Below, one piece after another: positions 26,834 to 40,780 of a stretch of 64,000 bases of DNA (positions within the stretch are counted from its first letter, which is position 1; each line of letters begins with the position of its first letter). The DNA lies in NCBI RefSeq assembly GCF_018350175.1, contig NC_058368.1, positions 142,416,001 through 142,480,000 of the forward strand, read 5' to 3'. Below the pieces are notes generated by a model. The model worked only from the letters and a program-made list of their open reading frames with translations, searched no databases and was not told the DNA's origin. Position numbers and translations under genes: made by a program. The DNA comes from Felis catus. Its lineage: Eukaryota.

Positions 26834-28799
26834 GCAGATTCTTGAACTATGTCTCAGAGGCGTTCCCAAACTAACACGCGCACACACATACACACACAAA
26901 TGTACAAGTGATAGGACATACTTTTCTCTAGTGAGGAAAAATGGTTTTATTTATTAAGAGCTAACCACTTAGTAGCAAATTTGACTACAATCAACGGAAA
27001 ACAAGAACCTACAATGGTTTAAATCCCTTTCTCCACAAGACTCTTCTGTGTTAGAGGGTTAGAGATGCCTCACTGAAATCTCTGGAAAACATTTTCTTGA
27101 GGCAATTCTGCTGATGCATCAATTTTGGTTCCCAAGCGTTCATCTGCATGAACTGAAGACTATTCATGCTAGAACAGGATGACTCTTCCTCCAGCCAGGC
27201 CTTCTGCTCTGGCTGTGTGCAATCCTCAGTTACCAAAATGCTACCACCTCAATGCTTTCTATGAGTAACTCAGAACTACCTAGGGCAGGAAGGACATCAG
27301 AGATGATCTAGCACAAAGCCATCATTTCACCAAAGCAGTCCAGAGATGTGAAGTGACAAAGTATTGGTGGCAGCCTGGGAACAGCAAATGAGGCCCTCCC
27401 TCCTAATCCCGTGTTCCTGTCAGGGGATTAAAAATTAAAAACCAGATTCCTTAGGACCGCCCCCCCCCAGGGTGGGGGAGGGGGTGTGTTCAGATGTGCC
27501 TCAGAAACCATGGGGCAGGAGGTGGCTGGGGGTTAATTCCCCAGAACGGCTACAGTTTCATAAGGGTTAAACACAAAATTTTATATGAAAGAAAGGGTTT
27601 CACTAGAAATAAACAAACAACTTGAAAACCACCACATGGCAGAACTAACTTCAAATAAAAGGAAAGTTAAAAGAAAGAACTAAAAACATAGGATCTTATT
27701 TTAATGAATGTGTCCTTTCTTAAACAGAACAAGGAAAGAAAACAGTACTAAAACCAAATGTTACAGCTTAGAGTTCTCTCCTTTATTTTTGCCTGCCCAA
27801 GAAAATAAAACAAACAAACAAACAAACAAAAACAAAAAAGACAAAGAGAAGAAAAACAAGGGGAGATATTTTAGTTTCAAGCTCCCTGGGAAAGTCTTAA
27901 ATCCATATTGCACTGACTAGACAATTTCAGGAAATAGAGTCACAAAGGACATTAACTTCCTAATTTAAATTCCTAAGCTAAATCCTTACTAAAAAAGAAT
28001 TGAAAAAAGAAGAATTTTCATAAACTGTGCAAAAAAAAAAAAAAAATCCATATTCTGCTCTCCTGCTTTCAATGTCCTAAATAAACAAGTCCTTCTTACA
28101 GGTGTTCATAAGCCCTCAAACTGTGTCTCTTTAAGGTCAGTAGGCAGGAGGGAAACTGGTTTGTCACTATGTGGTAGGCTAGAGCTGGATACAATTTGCC
28201 GAAGGAGGAGAAAGCCCTGGGGATACTGGAAATCCAACAAGTCACCAAGAACTATGCTCGCTGTGGTCTGGCATTCCACAAAGAATCTTTCCTTTGACTT
28301 TTTAATTTTTGTCATTCTAGACTCATACTGGATCCAGATGATTTAAAAATCTTGCTTCAGACAATCTTCTTAACTCTCTACAGTTAATAGCTTCCAATGA
28401 CATTGTACCAAGCAACCTCTTTGCATTTTATAGGCATTTTAAAGCCAGCAAACTAATCATTTAGTAATGCAATAATTCTTTACAGGAAGTGTCCTCACAC
28501 TAAGCACAGTTCTTTGGGGAGTTTGTTAATATGCTCAGTCAAGTCAGCTCTGCTTACGCCAAGTATCCTCTTCAGTGCTATCCTCTGAAAAGATCGAATG
28601 TCACTTATAACTGCTCTTACTTCCTCCCTCCCACTCACTCCTCTAAGTTTCCACAGGCAACATTAGCACAATGCAAATGAGAGACACAGCCATTTCTAAG
28701 CACCAGGAGCTCAACACATTTTTAAGAAGCTAAAAGATAAGGTGGCAAAGTACTGACTTCCCTTATGCTGTATGGATATATGAATATCAACACAAGTTG

Positions 28800-28965
28800 T
28801 TCTATAAACTTGGAACGCTGCAGGAGGCCATCTTGGTTAGATTCCAAGCAGCCTTACTGAAGTGACCTAATTTTTATGTTCTACTTTTGAAGACCTCCAG
28901 GACAGAAATTCCACAATCTCCATTGGTAGCCTGACTTGTGGTTTAATTTCCTTCAAAGTCAAAGG
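28800..28965 (-). mobile_element. CR1/L3 fragment
   Basis: ttgaagacctccaggacagaaattccacaatctccattggtagcc resembles L3 3' sequence. Confidence 0.5.
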
Positions 28966-29220
28966 GGACTGGTTCTCTCAACTTTTTTAAAAAAGTGAAA
29001 CAAGAACTAAACTCTTGTGAAAGATGTCATTTGAACCCTGAAATTCATAAATGGAACAACACAAAGGTGAACAACTGAGAATTAGGTTATAGGCTAAAGC
29101 ACAGGGTGAAATGTCCCCAGGTACTAAAGCCGGTCACGCTGCTCTTTCCTGCCCAGATGAGTGCCTCCCATAGGTCTGCATTCACGACTCACGTTCACAA
29201 GTTTACGAAATGATGCTACA

Positions 29221-29640
29221 GAGCACCTGGGTGGTTCAGTTGGTTCACTGTCTGGCTCTTGATTTGGTCTCAGGTCATGATCTCACAGTCATGAGATCAA
29301 GCCCTGAATCGGGCTCTGTGCTGGTCGTGGAGCCTGCTTAAGAGTCTCTCTCCCTCTGGGGCACCTGGGTGGCTCAGTCGGTTAAGTGTCCAACTTCGGC
29401 TCAGGTCATGATTTCACGGTTCATGAGTTCGGGCCCCATCGGGCTCCTGCTGACAGCTCAGAGCCTGGAGCCTGCTTCGGGATTCTGTGTCCCCCTCCCT
29501 CTCTGCCCCTCCCCTGCTCGTGCCCTGTCTCTCTCTCAAAAACAAACAAACATCAAAAAAAACCAAAAAAACCAAAACAGTCTTTCTCCCTCTGCCCCAC
29601 TAATGCTTACACTATCTCTCTCTCAAAAAAAAAAAAAAAT
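29221..29640 (+). mobile_element. Nested SINECs (29358-29576 inserted into an older copy)
   Basis: The outer copy breaks at agagtctctctccctct (29341-29357) and resumes at acagtctttctccctct (29577-29593). Confidence 0.92.
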
Positions 29641-29664
29641 TTTTGTACAAAAACAAATAACTCT

Positions 29665-29760
29665 ACAGTATAGAATTGTTGAATCACTATATTGTACACC
29701 TGAAATTAATCTAACACTGTAAGCTAGATTAAAATTTAAAAAAAGAAAAAAAAAAAAAAA
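29665..29760 (+). mobile_element. Carnivore L1 extreme 3' end with A tail
   Basis: gtatagaattgttgaatcactatattgtacacctgaaattaat followed by poly-A. Confidence 0.75.
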
Positions 29761-30752
29761 GAAATGAGTACAGTTCCTGGAAGGAAACTAGCTCATGTGC
29801 AAGAAAGAAGTATTTCCTAGTCACTGGGGAAAATCTTTCCCAGGCCTTCCACACTTCCCAAATGAGAAGCAATTGTGTTTTTTGGTTTCCTTTTCCTTTT
29901 CTATTTTTCTAAGAATCCCCAAAGCAGTATCATACTCAGGTTTCCTAAAAATTTTTTTAAGGTGAACTTTCCACTGATCTACACTCCTTGAAACAAGTCT
30001 TCTGGAGATTTTGCCCTTGGCCTCCTGGAATTTTTCAATGAAATTCAAAAGAGATGTTTACCTGACCCCAAATGTTATCCTAATGAAGACTCTGTTTTTA
30101 ATTCCTTGAACTCTTCTCTTTCTCTTTTCTTGTCATGCCCTCTGGGAAATAAAGACACATACAGATGTTGGCTTGACCTCAACTGGCAAACACCAAGTTA
30201 ATAGAGTTCTAATAGTTTCTCAAGAACTTGGACAACATCACAAAGATTAATTACGCCTCCTTCTCTGGCATGGTCCTTCATACTTCACCTTTTTAGAAGA
30301 TCAATGTAAAGATATAAAATGCCAGCACTCTATCTTTGTGACAAAAACAAGATGCCAATCACTGGAAGAATAAAAGGAATATTGTGGGTTTCTCAAAAGC
30401 AATGAGAGAGCAGAAAAAACAAAACAGAACAAAACCTGTGACCTACAGGGTAGGAAGGAGGAGGAGTTAAAACCATTTTCTGCCAATTAAAGAGCCCAAA
30501 TGAGGCTGAGTGCGGGCTCTCTCTGGCAGGTGGCATCGTAGAAATGTAGAAATTGGGCACCTACAGCTAGGGTTTAGTTGATAATTTCCTTTTCTTGCAA
30601 GAAGGAAGGTTCCCGGCATAGAGATTTGGCAATTCCATTTCCAACAGTCACGTTTACCCCGGCTTAGGAGTGGCCTGGCTCATTACACATAAATACACAG
30701 CCAAGTCAGATGTATTTCAGAGACTTCTTCCCCCACCTTTCCTGGCACTTAC

Positions 30753-30808
30753 CTCTACCAACACATCAAGGGGTGAGATCGATGGCTTCATTTTACTGCC
30801 AAGTTTCT
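30753..30808 (-). other. Possible alternative exon (56 nt) or 3' end of an alternative first exon
   Basis: Strong donor GAG|gtaagt at 30753/30752. The acceptor (gatacttctcag) is weak. Contains AAAATGAAG opening MKPSISPLDVLVE. Confidence 0.25.
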
Positions 30809-32834
30809 CTGAGAAGTATCTTCCAGAAATGATTTAGGTATGAGGCTTCTGACACCATTTCACTCTACTCCATCTCAAACTCTTGGTTCCCAGGAGCCTA
30901 TCTGCTCCTAACTACCTGGGTTGTAATAAGGCAAAACTACCATACGGATCCATCAACAACGCACCAAGTTCAGCTCTCTGCCACCTAAGGACTATAATCC
31001 AGTAGCAGGGACAGTGCCAATTCACAAACAGCTTCATTTCAAGCAGATCCTTCTAAGCAAGGTGGTATAATAGTGAACACTAACTAAAAGCCAGTGCAAA
31101 CGTGGAGTTTACTTCCCCCACCTTTTTGAATCTGACTCCACAAAGGAGATGAAAATTGCCCTCATGCAAAGGAAAAAGGCCTTCGTGTGGCCTGTGAAAT
31201 GCCCTGAGTTCAGTAGTTTGCTATTTGTTACGGCCTGGTTGTTTCCCTGCACCGCGGGTCGAACCAGTGCAACCACCTGGAGCCATGGCTGCAATCTGCT
31301 CAGATTTCAGGACCAAGACAAGTATAAAGATGAAGTTACACAAACGCCCACCATAAATGAGTAGTTTCTACTGTTGACTGGCTGGACTGATTGCTCTTTA
31401 GCATCTCATTTAATACAAATTTCATTTATATCCTAGCTCAGTATATCCAATCAAGGACTTCAATGGGGATCTCTAGGTGACGGAAAAAAACCACACAAAT
31501 CACTGGAGTTTCCTCATTTACAGGAATGGGAAGCAAGATGTTGGAGGACGGTGATGGCGGAGGATATATATCTACAATGGAATACTAGCAGTAAAAGGGA
31601 ATAAGTAAGCAAATAAACAAATATCTTCAACCTGTTTGTTTCATCCAGCTCAATTCAGACTGGTTACTTCTTTATCCCTGGGCCACTCTGCATAAACACG
31701 AGCCCCAGAATTAAGAACAAGGAAATTTATTTTGTTCCCATTCCATTCAGAGTTTCATTGACTAAGTTTAATATTCATGGCTTAGGGGGTTTTTTGCTTG
31801 TCTGTTTTTGTTTTTGTGTGATAGTGTGTTTCTGAGTGATAGTTTTAAAAATGGTTTTTCTTCTAGATGCTAAATGAAGGATCTTTAGTCTTAGTTTATG
31901 TGGAAACCATCTGGCCTAAATGATGATTTGAAGCTCTCGGCAAGCAGCTGATTTCAAGGACATTGTATATGGAATAGGCAATCTAAGCTCAAGAACATCG
32001 TAGCTGGGGAGGGAAGGAGCTAACTGGTCTAGGATTTTCATAAAATTTAGATTAAAACAGACAAAGTTAGAAGAGAAGCATCCTCTAGTCTTTCAAGTTC
32101 CCCATGAGTAAGAAAAGACACAAGGATGAAAAACTTACCAAGAAACGTAAGGAAAAGAGCAAAAACATCTATTGGTAAGTACTTCCCATTACACTGAAAA
32201 TGAGGGAAGTGGGGTGACCCGAGCTTTTGGGTCCTCGTGTGGGCCTGTCTCTACCAGTTTCTAGGAAATGAGATGAGATGATACTTGCCAAGTCCCAGAG
32301 AAGTGATGTGGAGGAACATAAAGTCCCTCTTTGGTTCTCCTTGGGATGAAAATATCCCATCCATATGAAGATTATGAAGATCCATAAATCTTCAAAGGAT
32401 GAATTAAAAGATTAGCTCTGGACAGAGGCTATGAGTGCCACCGGCCCCAGGAAGGCATGGGGGTCAGCAGGCACCACAGGCCCAGCCATCTCCATTGCTG
32501 CATGAGGCAGAAGAATCTTCAAAGTTTAAACTGGGGTATGTGGAATGAATGGGAAACAGATGATAAAAGAAGTTCAATACCTGTTCTCCGTGGAAACTAG
32601 CCCCCAGGAAGCTATCATGGGCGTGTGTAACATGGGAAGGTCAAGAGGGGATGTTCAGCCTGAAAACAGCCCAGCCACGCATGGGTCCACAGAGAATTTT
32701 CTGCAGTCAAAACCTTAAGAGCACTGAGAACCTTAGCAGCAACAACAATCTTTCTTCTCTTCACTATCATGCAAAGACTGAGGCCTTGCTAGGTGCCATG
32801 GAGCTACACACTTAGTATTTATTGCCATGAGTGC

Positions 32835-33274
32835 TGACTCAAAGGGGCACATGCACCCCAACACTTACAGCAGCACAATCAACAATAGCCAAATTATGGA
32901 AAGAGCCAAATGTGCATCGACAGATGAATGGATAAAGAAGATGTGATATATATCTACAATGGAATACTACTTGGCAATGAAAAATTAAATCTTGCCATCT
33001 GTGACAACATGGATGAAACTGGAGGGTATTATGTTAAGTGAAGTCAGTCAAAGACAGACAGATATCACATGATTTCACTCATGTGTGGAACCTGAGAAAC
33101 TTAACAGATAGGGGAAGAGAAGGAAAAATAAGATAAAAACAGGGAGGCAAACCATAAGGGACTCTTAAATACAGAGAACAAACTGAGGGTTGATGGGGGT
33201 GGGGAAAACGGGTGATGGGCATTAAGAAGGGCACTTGTTGGGATGAGCACTGGGTGTTATATGTAAGTAATAGA

Positions 33275-33309
<35 letters not shown>

Positions 33310-33310
33310 G
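32835..33310 (+). mobile_element. Carnivore/felid L1 3' fragment with (TAAA)n tail
   Basis: acaatagccaaattatggaaagagcc...gatgaatggataaagaagatgtg...gggatgagcactgggtgttatatgtaag. Confidence 0.9.
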
Positions 33311-34337
33311 AGACAGAGAGAGCACTTATCTCCATGGAACACCCACAACAATTACATTAGACAAGCCATTAACTCCATTATATAGATGGGGACACTGGGA
33401 GTTAGGGTGGGATGGGTCAAGTACCTTGCCCAAGGTCATACAGCCAACAAGTAGCACAGACCCTTCTCACACTACCTCCCAGTGGTCAAAAAGGCAAGGC
33501 AACACCAGAGCTGAAAGTGGGAGGAATGGTAAGGCCATTTTTATCCAATGCTTTTCCGTCTCTAAAGGACTTGAGGAGGAAGAACAGCACCAACTCTGGA
33601 GTTCAGATTCTTGGGTTAAAACCAGCTTCACCATTTGCAGTTTGGGGATGTAAAGATCCCATGGGTGGCCAGTAAGTGCCCATTTTATTCTCCTTTCCCG
33701 GGAGCAAGTTACTCCAACCTCTAAGAACTTCTGCCCTCATCTCTACCATGGAATCGTCATCATGTAATCTCACTAGGCAACTGTTAAGGATTCAGTGAGA
33801 TGGTTTTATGATGATAAGGCAGTACACAAAGACTAACTGCTGCTATTCCATTTGATTTTCACGTTGTCTTCTTTGCAGAAAGCACTATGGCATCTGGGTT
33901 TCCAGAAGCACGGTGTGGAGTACAGAGCAGTGGCACCCGTGTCTCACTAACACAGCAACTGAAGCCCAGCACATGGAGCCATCACACAGCCGTGTTGCCC
34001 TGTCACCCATCTTCTGCTCCTTCCTCCACCCTTTATCTCAGTCACCACAAAACCTCACAGGCTCAGGCAACCGGGTCTGTAAAGAGAACTACCACTCAGC
34101 ACAGTGAAGTGTCCCCACAGTGGTCCCATGCAAGGCTGGGACTCACTCCTGCTCCCCCACCCTGACAGGAGGTATACATATCAAATAAAATACCAGCATA
34201 AATTTCTGGGCTTTATAGGAAAAAAAGAGTTGCTCCTTAAATTTTGTCCCACTACTCAATTTAGGGTCCTCTGTTTAATGATACAGTATAAGCTCTGTTT
34301 TCTAGCAATTATTTGAAAAGCTCTGGAAAAGGGCATT

Positions 34338-34563
34338 TCAGTATAACAAGAACTAGAATTTTTTTTTCATTTTTTAATGTTTATTTATTTTGTGAGAGAG
34401 TGAGCGAGTGTGGGAGAGGGACAGAGAGAGAGGAAGACAGAGAATCCAAAGCAGGCTCCATGCTGTCAATGCAAAGCCCAATGCCGGGCTCGAACCCACA
34501 AACCCTGAGATCATGACCAGAGCCAGAGCTGGACGCTCAACCGACTGAGCCACCCAGGTGCCC
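34338..34563 (-). mobile_element. SINEC
   Basis: Full length on the reverse strand; tagaatttt on both sides. Confidence 0.95.
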
Positions 34564-36257
34564 TTAGAATTTTATTTTTATACATACCAAGACTTGGAAT
34601 ATTCTTTTTAATTATTTCTGCTGCCTAATAAAGGTTTAATGGATTTTTAAACTCAGTAAGCATATTTCTTTACTGGAGGTGGGAAGAAACCTAGTAGTTA
34701 TTGCTTCAGAAAGAACAACTGTTAGATGACTATCACTACTCCTATCATTCCAATCTTGTCCTTCATTAGTAATACCAAAGGCATTTCTTACAGTCATTAA
34801 AGCCTTTGCCATATGAATGGTGAAAAACAGGTATGAAACAAGGCAAGTCTAAAAACTTTGCTAATGTTAAAATATCTGTTGCACAGCCAATTAAAGCTGG
34901 GTCATAGAGACTCACATTTTCCACAATCTATCTGCTGGCACTGTTGATGTCTGTTGGCAAAGAAGCCGATCAGGCCCATCTTACTAAATAGGACAACCAA
35001 AGCCTATGTTAGACACTGCACGCTAGCTGTTAGGGAAGAATTTCACTGCTTTTAAGGGCCTGTGGGCAAACAATAAATGATACAAGAGGAAAAGACCACC
35101 AGGAAATGCCGACACCTCCAACCTCTGCTTTTGTCTCTGCATCCCACACCTCTTAGACTCAGGGACTCGGGTCTGAATCCTAAATATCCTATACTCACAT
35201 GTAAGCCATTATGAGTAGCTGTTCTTGAAATTTAATTCCACATCTGCTCCTCTGCAGCCTTTAGAAATCTTATAAATTTCTCTGACAACTGTTTGCAAAG
35301 GCCATAATCACAGGCATCTGTAACTGGATCCCCAGCTACAGGGCAAAAACACCACATAATTCCAGCAGGCTTTTGGCCCAACCTTATTTGGTTTCTTGTC
35401 TCTCTTGCTCTCTTTAAAATTGCGCTGAGCCTTCAATTTGCAGAGAGAGCTGATTAGCACTGGAAGGAGGCGGCCCAGGTCCTCTGCACCATCCCTAACA
35501 CACAGACGTGAACAAATCCTCATCATCTCCCGTTTGGTTGTGGCTGCTCAGGCACGTTTAGAAAGAGGCCTCAAGACTGTGGCAGGAGACCGTGTGAGCA
35601 AACAGCAAGTGGGGTCCCTGGATCACTTTGGTTCCTGCCCGGTGGCTCCAAACTCCCAAAGGGAGGCATGAGGATGCACAATGGCTCCAAGTAGCCTAGA
35701 AAATAGATGCATTAGGACTTTTCCAACTCCTGCATTTGGGTCGCTCAGAAGCTGTGTGGCTCTGGGGCTGGATCTGCCCTTTCTAATTATAGTTGGCCAC
35801 TGGCATGACATGTGGTCTTAAGCAACACAATGAACTTCCCTGTGCCTGTTATGGATTTAAAAATTTTAATAGCATCCACTTCTTAACAGGATTCGTGTAC
35901 TGTTCTAATCTTTTATTCTAGAAACACTCACAAGAATCAGGTGGGACAAGTTCTGTCACCAATTCAGCCACATACTGACTCAGTAACCCTGGGCAAGCCA
36001 CCTCCCCTCTTGGAAACCTCGGTTTTCTATCCCAATTTCTAGCCATCTCTGATTTTTTATGAGGAACACGTGTAACAAGGTAAACAGAAGTGTTCCTCAG
36101 AGAACAAAGCGTAAACATCTAGGATTATTATGTCATCCTTATGATCTTCAAAAACTCCATTCCACGGTTAAGAGCCCTAGAGCCAGACAAGCAGGGTTAA
36201 CACAAGTTATTTAACTACTCTAGCCTCAATTTTCTCATCTTTAAAAAGTGGGGGTGA

Positions 36258-36680
36258 GGAGCACGTGGATGGCTCAGTCAGTTTAGCGTCTGACTTTGGC
36301 TCTGGTCATGATGTCACAGTTCGTGAGTTCAAGCCCAGCATCTGGCTCTCTGCTGTCAGCCCAGAGCCTGCTTTGGACCCTCTGTCCCCCCTCTCTGCCC
36401 CTCTCCCACTCGTTTTCTCTCTCCTCTCTTTCTCAAAGTAAATTTTAAAAAAAATTAAAATGGGGGCGCCCGGGTGGTTCAGTTGTTTGATCGTCCGACT
36501 TCGGCTCAGGTCATGATCTCGTGGTCTGTGAGTTTGAGCACCGCGTCGGGCTCTGTGCTGACAGCTCAGAGCCTGGAGCCTACTTCCCATTCTGTGTCTC
36601 CCTCTCTCTCTGACCCTCTCCTGCTCATGCTCTCTCTCTCTCTCTGTCAAAAATAAATAAACATTAAAAAAAAATTAAAA
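36258..36680 (+). mobile_element. Two tandem SINECs (about 36258-36455 and 36462-36680)
   Basis: Two heads and two tails; aaaaaaattaaaat flanks the second copy. Confidence 0.93.
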
Positions 36681-36749
36681 TAGTGTCTAATATTAGGCAC
36701 CTTTATCCTGTAATTAACCTACTCTCATTATCCTGTAATTAACCCTTTC

Positions 36750-36959
36750 TTTCTTTTTTTTTAAAGTGTCTTTATTTTTGAGAGTGAGAGAGAATGCATG
36801 AGCGAGGGAGGGGAAGAGAGAGTGTAGGGGAAAGAATCCCAAGCAGGCTCTGCATTGTCAGTGCAGAGCCCAACATAGGGCTCCCACGATTTGTGACATC
36901 ATGACCTGAGCTGAAATGAAGAGTCGGGAGCTTAACCAAATGAGCCACCCAGGCGCCCC
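36750..36959 (-). mobile_element. SINEC
   Basis: Reverse head gagccacccaggcgcccc and T tail. Confidence 0.93.
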
Positions 36960-39900
36960 TAACCCTGCTTTCTTTCTTGTCTCATCAGGCAGCTTTCAAA
37001 GTAAATTGTCTTTTTCAAGGCATCAACTTCAGTGTGCAACGGAGAAATTAATCGTTGTTACATACACAATCTCCTATGCAACCAACACATGAGGTATATT
37101 TTATTATCCCCTTTCTGCGCGAAGCTCAGAAAGGTCGAGCAGCTACTGGGTGGCAGCCAGGTTTCAAAGGCAGGCAAACAACCCAGGCTATGCTTTCCAT
37201 TGCCTTGTTTCCATTAGATATGAAGTGGGAGAATAAAAAAAGTCTCCCTCAAAATGAGAAAGTCACCTAATTTATATAATCAGTGTAGTTCAAAGTCTAC
37301 TGTTATGAAACAGTTTTTGATTTGGACTTAAGAGTCAAGACTCAGCTCAAAGGGCATTCTTCTTGCCTTGGCTCTCCTGTTCCTCCTTAACCTGCACCCC
37401 TGTGAGCAGTGAGAGGAGCAGGGGCCTCTGCTGCACATCCCAGCCTGTGTGGACCTGGGCACAGCTCTTGTCACCCACCAGCACACCGGCTGGTTTGTGT
37501 CTGTCTTCCTCCAACAGACCACAGGCTGGTTCCCTGAGGCCCAGCGCCTCTTGCTGACCTCCCGTTAACCCAAGGCCCCACCGGATGCCCAGCTCAGGGC
37601 AGAGGACAGCACTGTCGGCTCAATGAATGCATGAATGCCGTCCGTCTATGTTATCCTTGCTGCACTGAGGACTGATGTGACAATTAAGAGAGGTTAAAAG
37701 GGCTCAGAATCAAACCTTGCCACTGCAGAGTATGATCTGTGTAGTACAGAAGACTACATCATACAAAGAGCATTTCATAAGCCTATGTAATTAGAAAGAT
37801 ATCTAACTGTAAAGCATATTTATACCATTATGAAACTTGGCTTGTCATGACTACTATGAAATATTCTTGTCTCAAACACAAAGGCACATAATGTTCACAC
37901 ACATGGCTGGACTATAACCGGTGCCTGGTTATACTTTTTTGGGGGGAGTCGTCGAAGAAAACCCAATCAATAATAACCAAAACATGGGCAACAGGCTTAA
38001 AGGTATGTTGTAATGAAAAATTACCTTTGGATCATTATGTTCCTACTGAAAAGTACCAGGCAAGAGAATAGATACAAACTTAGATAAAGGCATTAAGTGA
38101 TTATATTAGTAAAATGAACTCCAAGTTCTTTATACTATGCTTACAGCCACAAAGTCAATTGGTCTCTCCTCTTGGTTTTTTATTTTTAGTAACTATACTG
38201 AGTCTATTTTTTTCCTTCTCATTTTGTGCATTTTTTTCCACTTTATAAGTGGATCTTCCTCCTGGAAAGGTTGAGAATCAGAGAGGCACACAACTGCCTC
38301 TCGAAACTTAAGTGAAAAATTATTGAATAATTGTTTTTAAAACCTCTATGATGTTTCCTCATGGATTTAATAAAGATCAATGTGCTTTTGTTACAGAGAG
38401 TATTTTACATGGAATATGTTAATATTTCATTAAACACTCATACAAAACCTAGAAATAGTTACATCTATGCTGGGACACTTAATCTTATCAAAATTAAGTA
38501 GAACAGAAGTTTATAATACCCCTAGAATGACTGTATACAAATGGATAATGCCAATTATGCCTTATGTAACCACAGTCAGTGCTAGGGAGATTTCCTATTC
38601 TCTCATGCCTTTAATTCCACTTAGAGATCTTTGACTCTTTATACCTGGGGTTCATGCTACTTCTGAGAAAATCAAACTCTTTACTAGTAAAAATTAACCA
38701 AGCTATTTCTTGGTGTGAACCTAGTAACACATTTAATTTGCTATTGTGTGGTGGAAGAGGGAAAAGAGATTTTCTATTTTTCATAAAATCTCCTCAGACG
38801 TAGTCCCTGTCCATACAGAAAGCCGTGCTACAGAAGTAAAACACCCAGGACTCATATGCGTATAAATTTATACAGGAGAATTAAGATGAGGACATAACCT
38901 TAAATGACCAGTTTATCTGTTCCCATGACCAAGCAACAAATGAAATGCAAAGAACAAGGAGAAGTAGTTGACCTACAGAGCCCTAACATTTTTCCCTCGG
39001 CAGCTTTTGAAACAGTTTATAGTTTCTTTATCTTTATTAGGACATTCTCCCTCATCACATTAATGAGTCACTAAACAAAAGGCTTACTGAAATGTTTAAA
39101 TTTAGGAACAAATTCTCTGTTAGAGCTTGAGCAGAGAAGACGAGCCATACTTTGCCACTGCTTTTCAATAAAATCATCTAGAAAAAGCCAGGCAGAAGAG
39201 TTGGGATGGAAACATGGGATGACCACACGGAAAATTCAAAGTGAATCCTGAGACCAATGCGAAGAAAATATATGCCTTCCTTTCTGCCCCATCATCCTTA
39301 ACATTGTCATCTCCACCTTCCTATCTTTATGGAGCTCCTTCTTTTTGACAGCTATTAAACAAGACATTCTTTTGGAATAATTTGCATTGCTAAAACCATT
39401 TGGGTTCAGCTTGTTAGCTGAGGTAACAAAAACATAACTAGGCACATTTAAAACATGGGCAGAAGATAATAAAGGGCAACACATCCATCCATCCAATTTT
39501 CTCACGGTTCCATCTGGGTGCGTGCAACTGGCCGAACATGAGGTGAATGGGGTGGATGACTGAGAGCCAGCACAGGGCCGCTGGGAAGGATGCGCTGTAG
39601 GCTACATCTGGAAAGCTTCTGAAAAGAAATGGTTCCTCTCAAATCATTTCCGGTTGGCGGTCTTTTCACAGTGGTCAAGAACACCTATTCTTGAATTAGC
39701 AAACAGTATGATCTTCTTATTAACAAGCAACACAGACCTACAGTTAGAGATCAAAGGGAAGTTAGAGAGTTCCACCCAGGGAGCTCTGCAAAGACCAGGA
39801 CTCACAGGTGGCACTTGGTGCCAGCAGCTCAGGAAGGACAGGGCACCACCTCCCAGAAGAAGCCTCTGAGCCTAGCGCCCGTTCCTCTGTCTGAAAGACA

Positions 39901-40296
39901 GTGGTGATTCCACAGAGGAAGAGCTGACCTGCGTCTGTCTCCTGCGTGGCTGAAATTTCCCAGGGTAAACTACATAAACCCTCCGCTCCGTAGGGGCAGC
40001 GAGTTCCACAGTTACCTACTGAACTGGCCCTTTCGGAACATCCTTCGGTTTCATTGCTTCTCATTTCTTCTACACCAAGTTCTGCCTGATCACTCCTCAT
40101 ATCAGTGAAACGCCCCGGTACATATATAACTAGATAATCAGCTGAATTGCTCCTGGTGATCCAGGTTGTCGTTCTTACTGAATTAAAAAAAATAAAAATA
40201 AAAAATCAGAGCTGTACAGAGGTCCCTTTACCCCAACAGTCACAACAGACTCTACTCCTGAATCCCTAAGGTCCCATCAGAACAAAAACCAATGGT

Positions 40297-40780
40297 GATA
40301 TACCCACAGTCACAGTGGCATCAGTCACAATAACCAAAAAGTAGAGGCAACTCAAGTCCTCATTAACAGATGAGTTGGGTAAACAGCACGTGGCACACAC
40401 AATGGAATAATGTGAAACCTTAAAAAGGAAGGATATTCTGACACAAGCTACAATACGGATGAACCCTGAAACATGACACTAAGTGAAACAAGCCAGCCAT
40501 AAAAGAACAAGTACTGTACAATTCCTCTTACATGAGGCTCCTAGAGTAGTGACATTCAGAGAGAGAGAAAGCAGAAGGGTGGCTGCCGGGAGGGGAACAG
40601 GGAATAACTATTTAATGGATACAGAATTTCAATTCTGCAAGACAAAGGAAAAAAGATCTGGAGATGGATGGTGGTGATGGATGCACAACAATGTGAATGT
40701 ACTTAATGGCATTGAACTACATGCTTAAAAATGTAAACATGGGCAATTTTATGTTATGTGTGTTTTACAACAATTAACAC
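40297..40780 (+). mobile_element. L1MB-like 3' end
   Basis: ggatgaaccctgaaac...ctaagtgaaa...ctggagatggatggtggtgatggatgcacaacaatgtgaatgtacttaat...ttttatgttatgtg. Confidence 0.85.

Noticed and set aside
36703..36744. Direct repeat ttatcctgtaattaacc (2 copies, 25-nt period)
   Set aside because: A small local duplication between SINEs with no sign of function.
38860..38873. Perfect 14-bp palindrome gtataaatttatac
   Set aside because: AT-rich and short enough to be expected by chance in 64 kb.
39506..39618. Possible 113-nt minus-strand exon
   Set aside because: The acceptor tttcttttcag is plausible, but the donor ACC|gtgaga is weak and no frame is recognisable.
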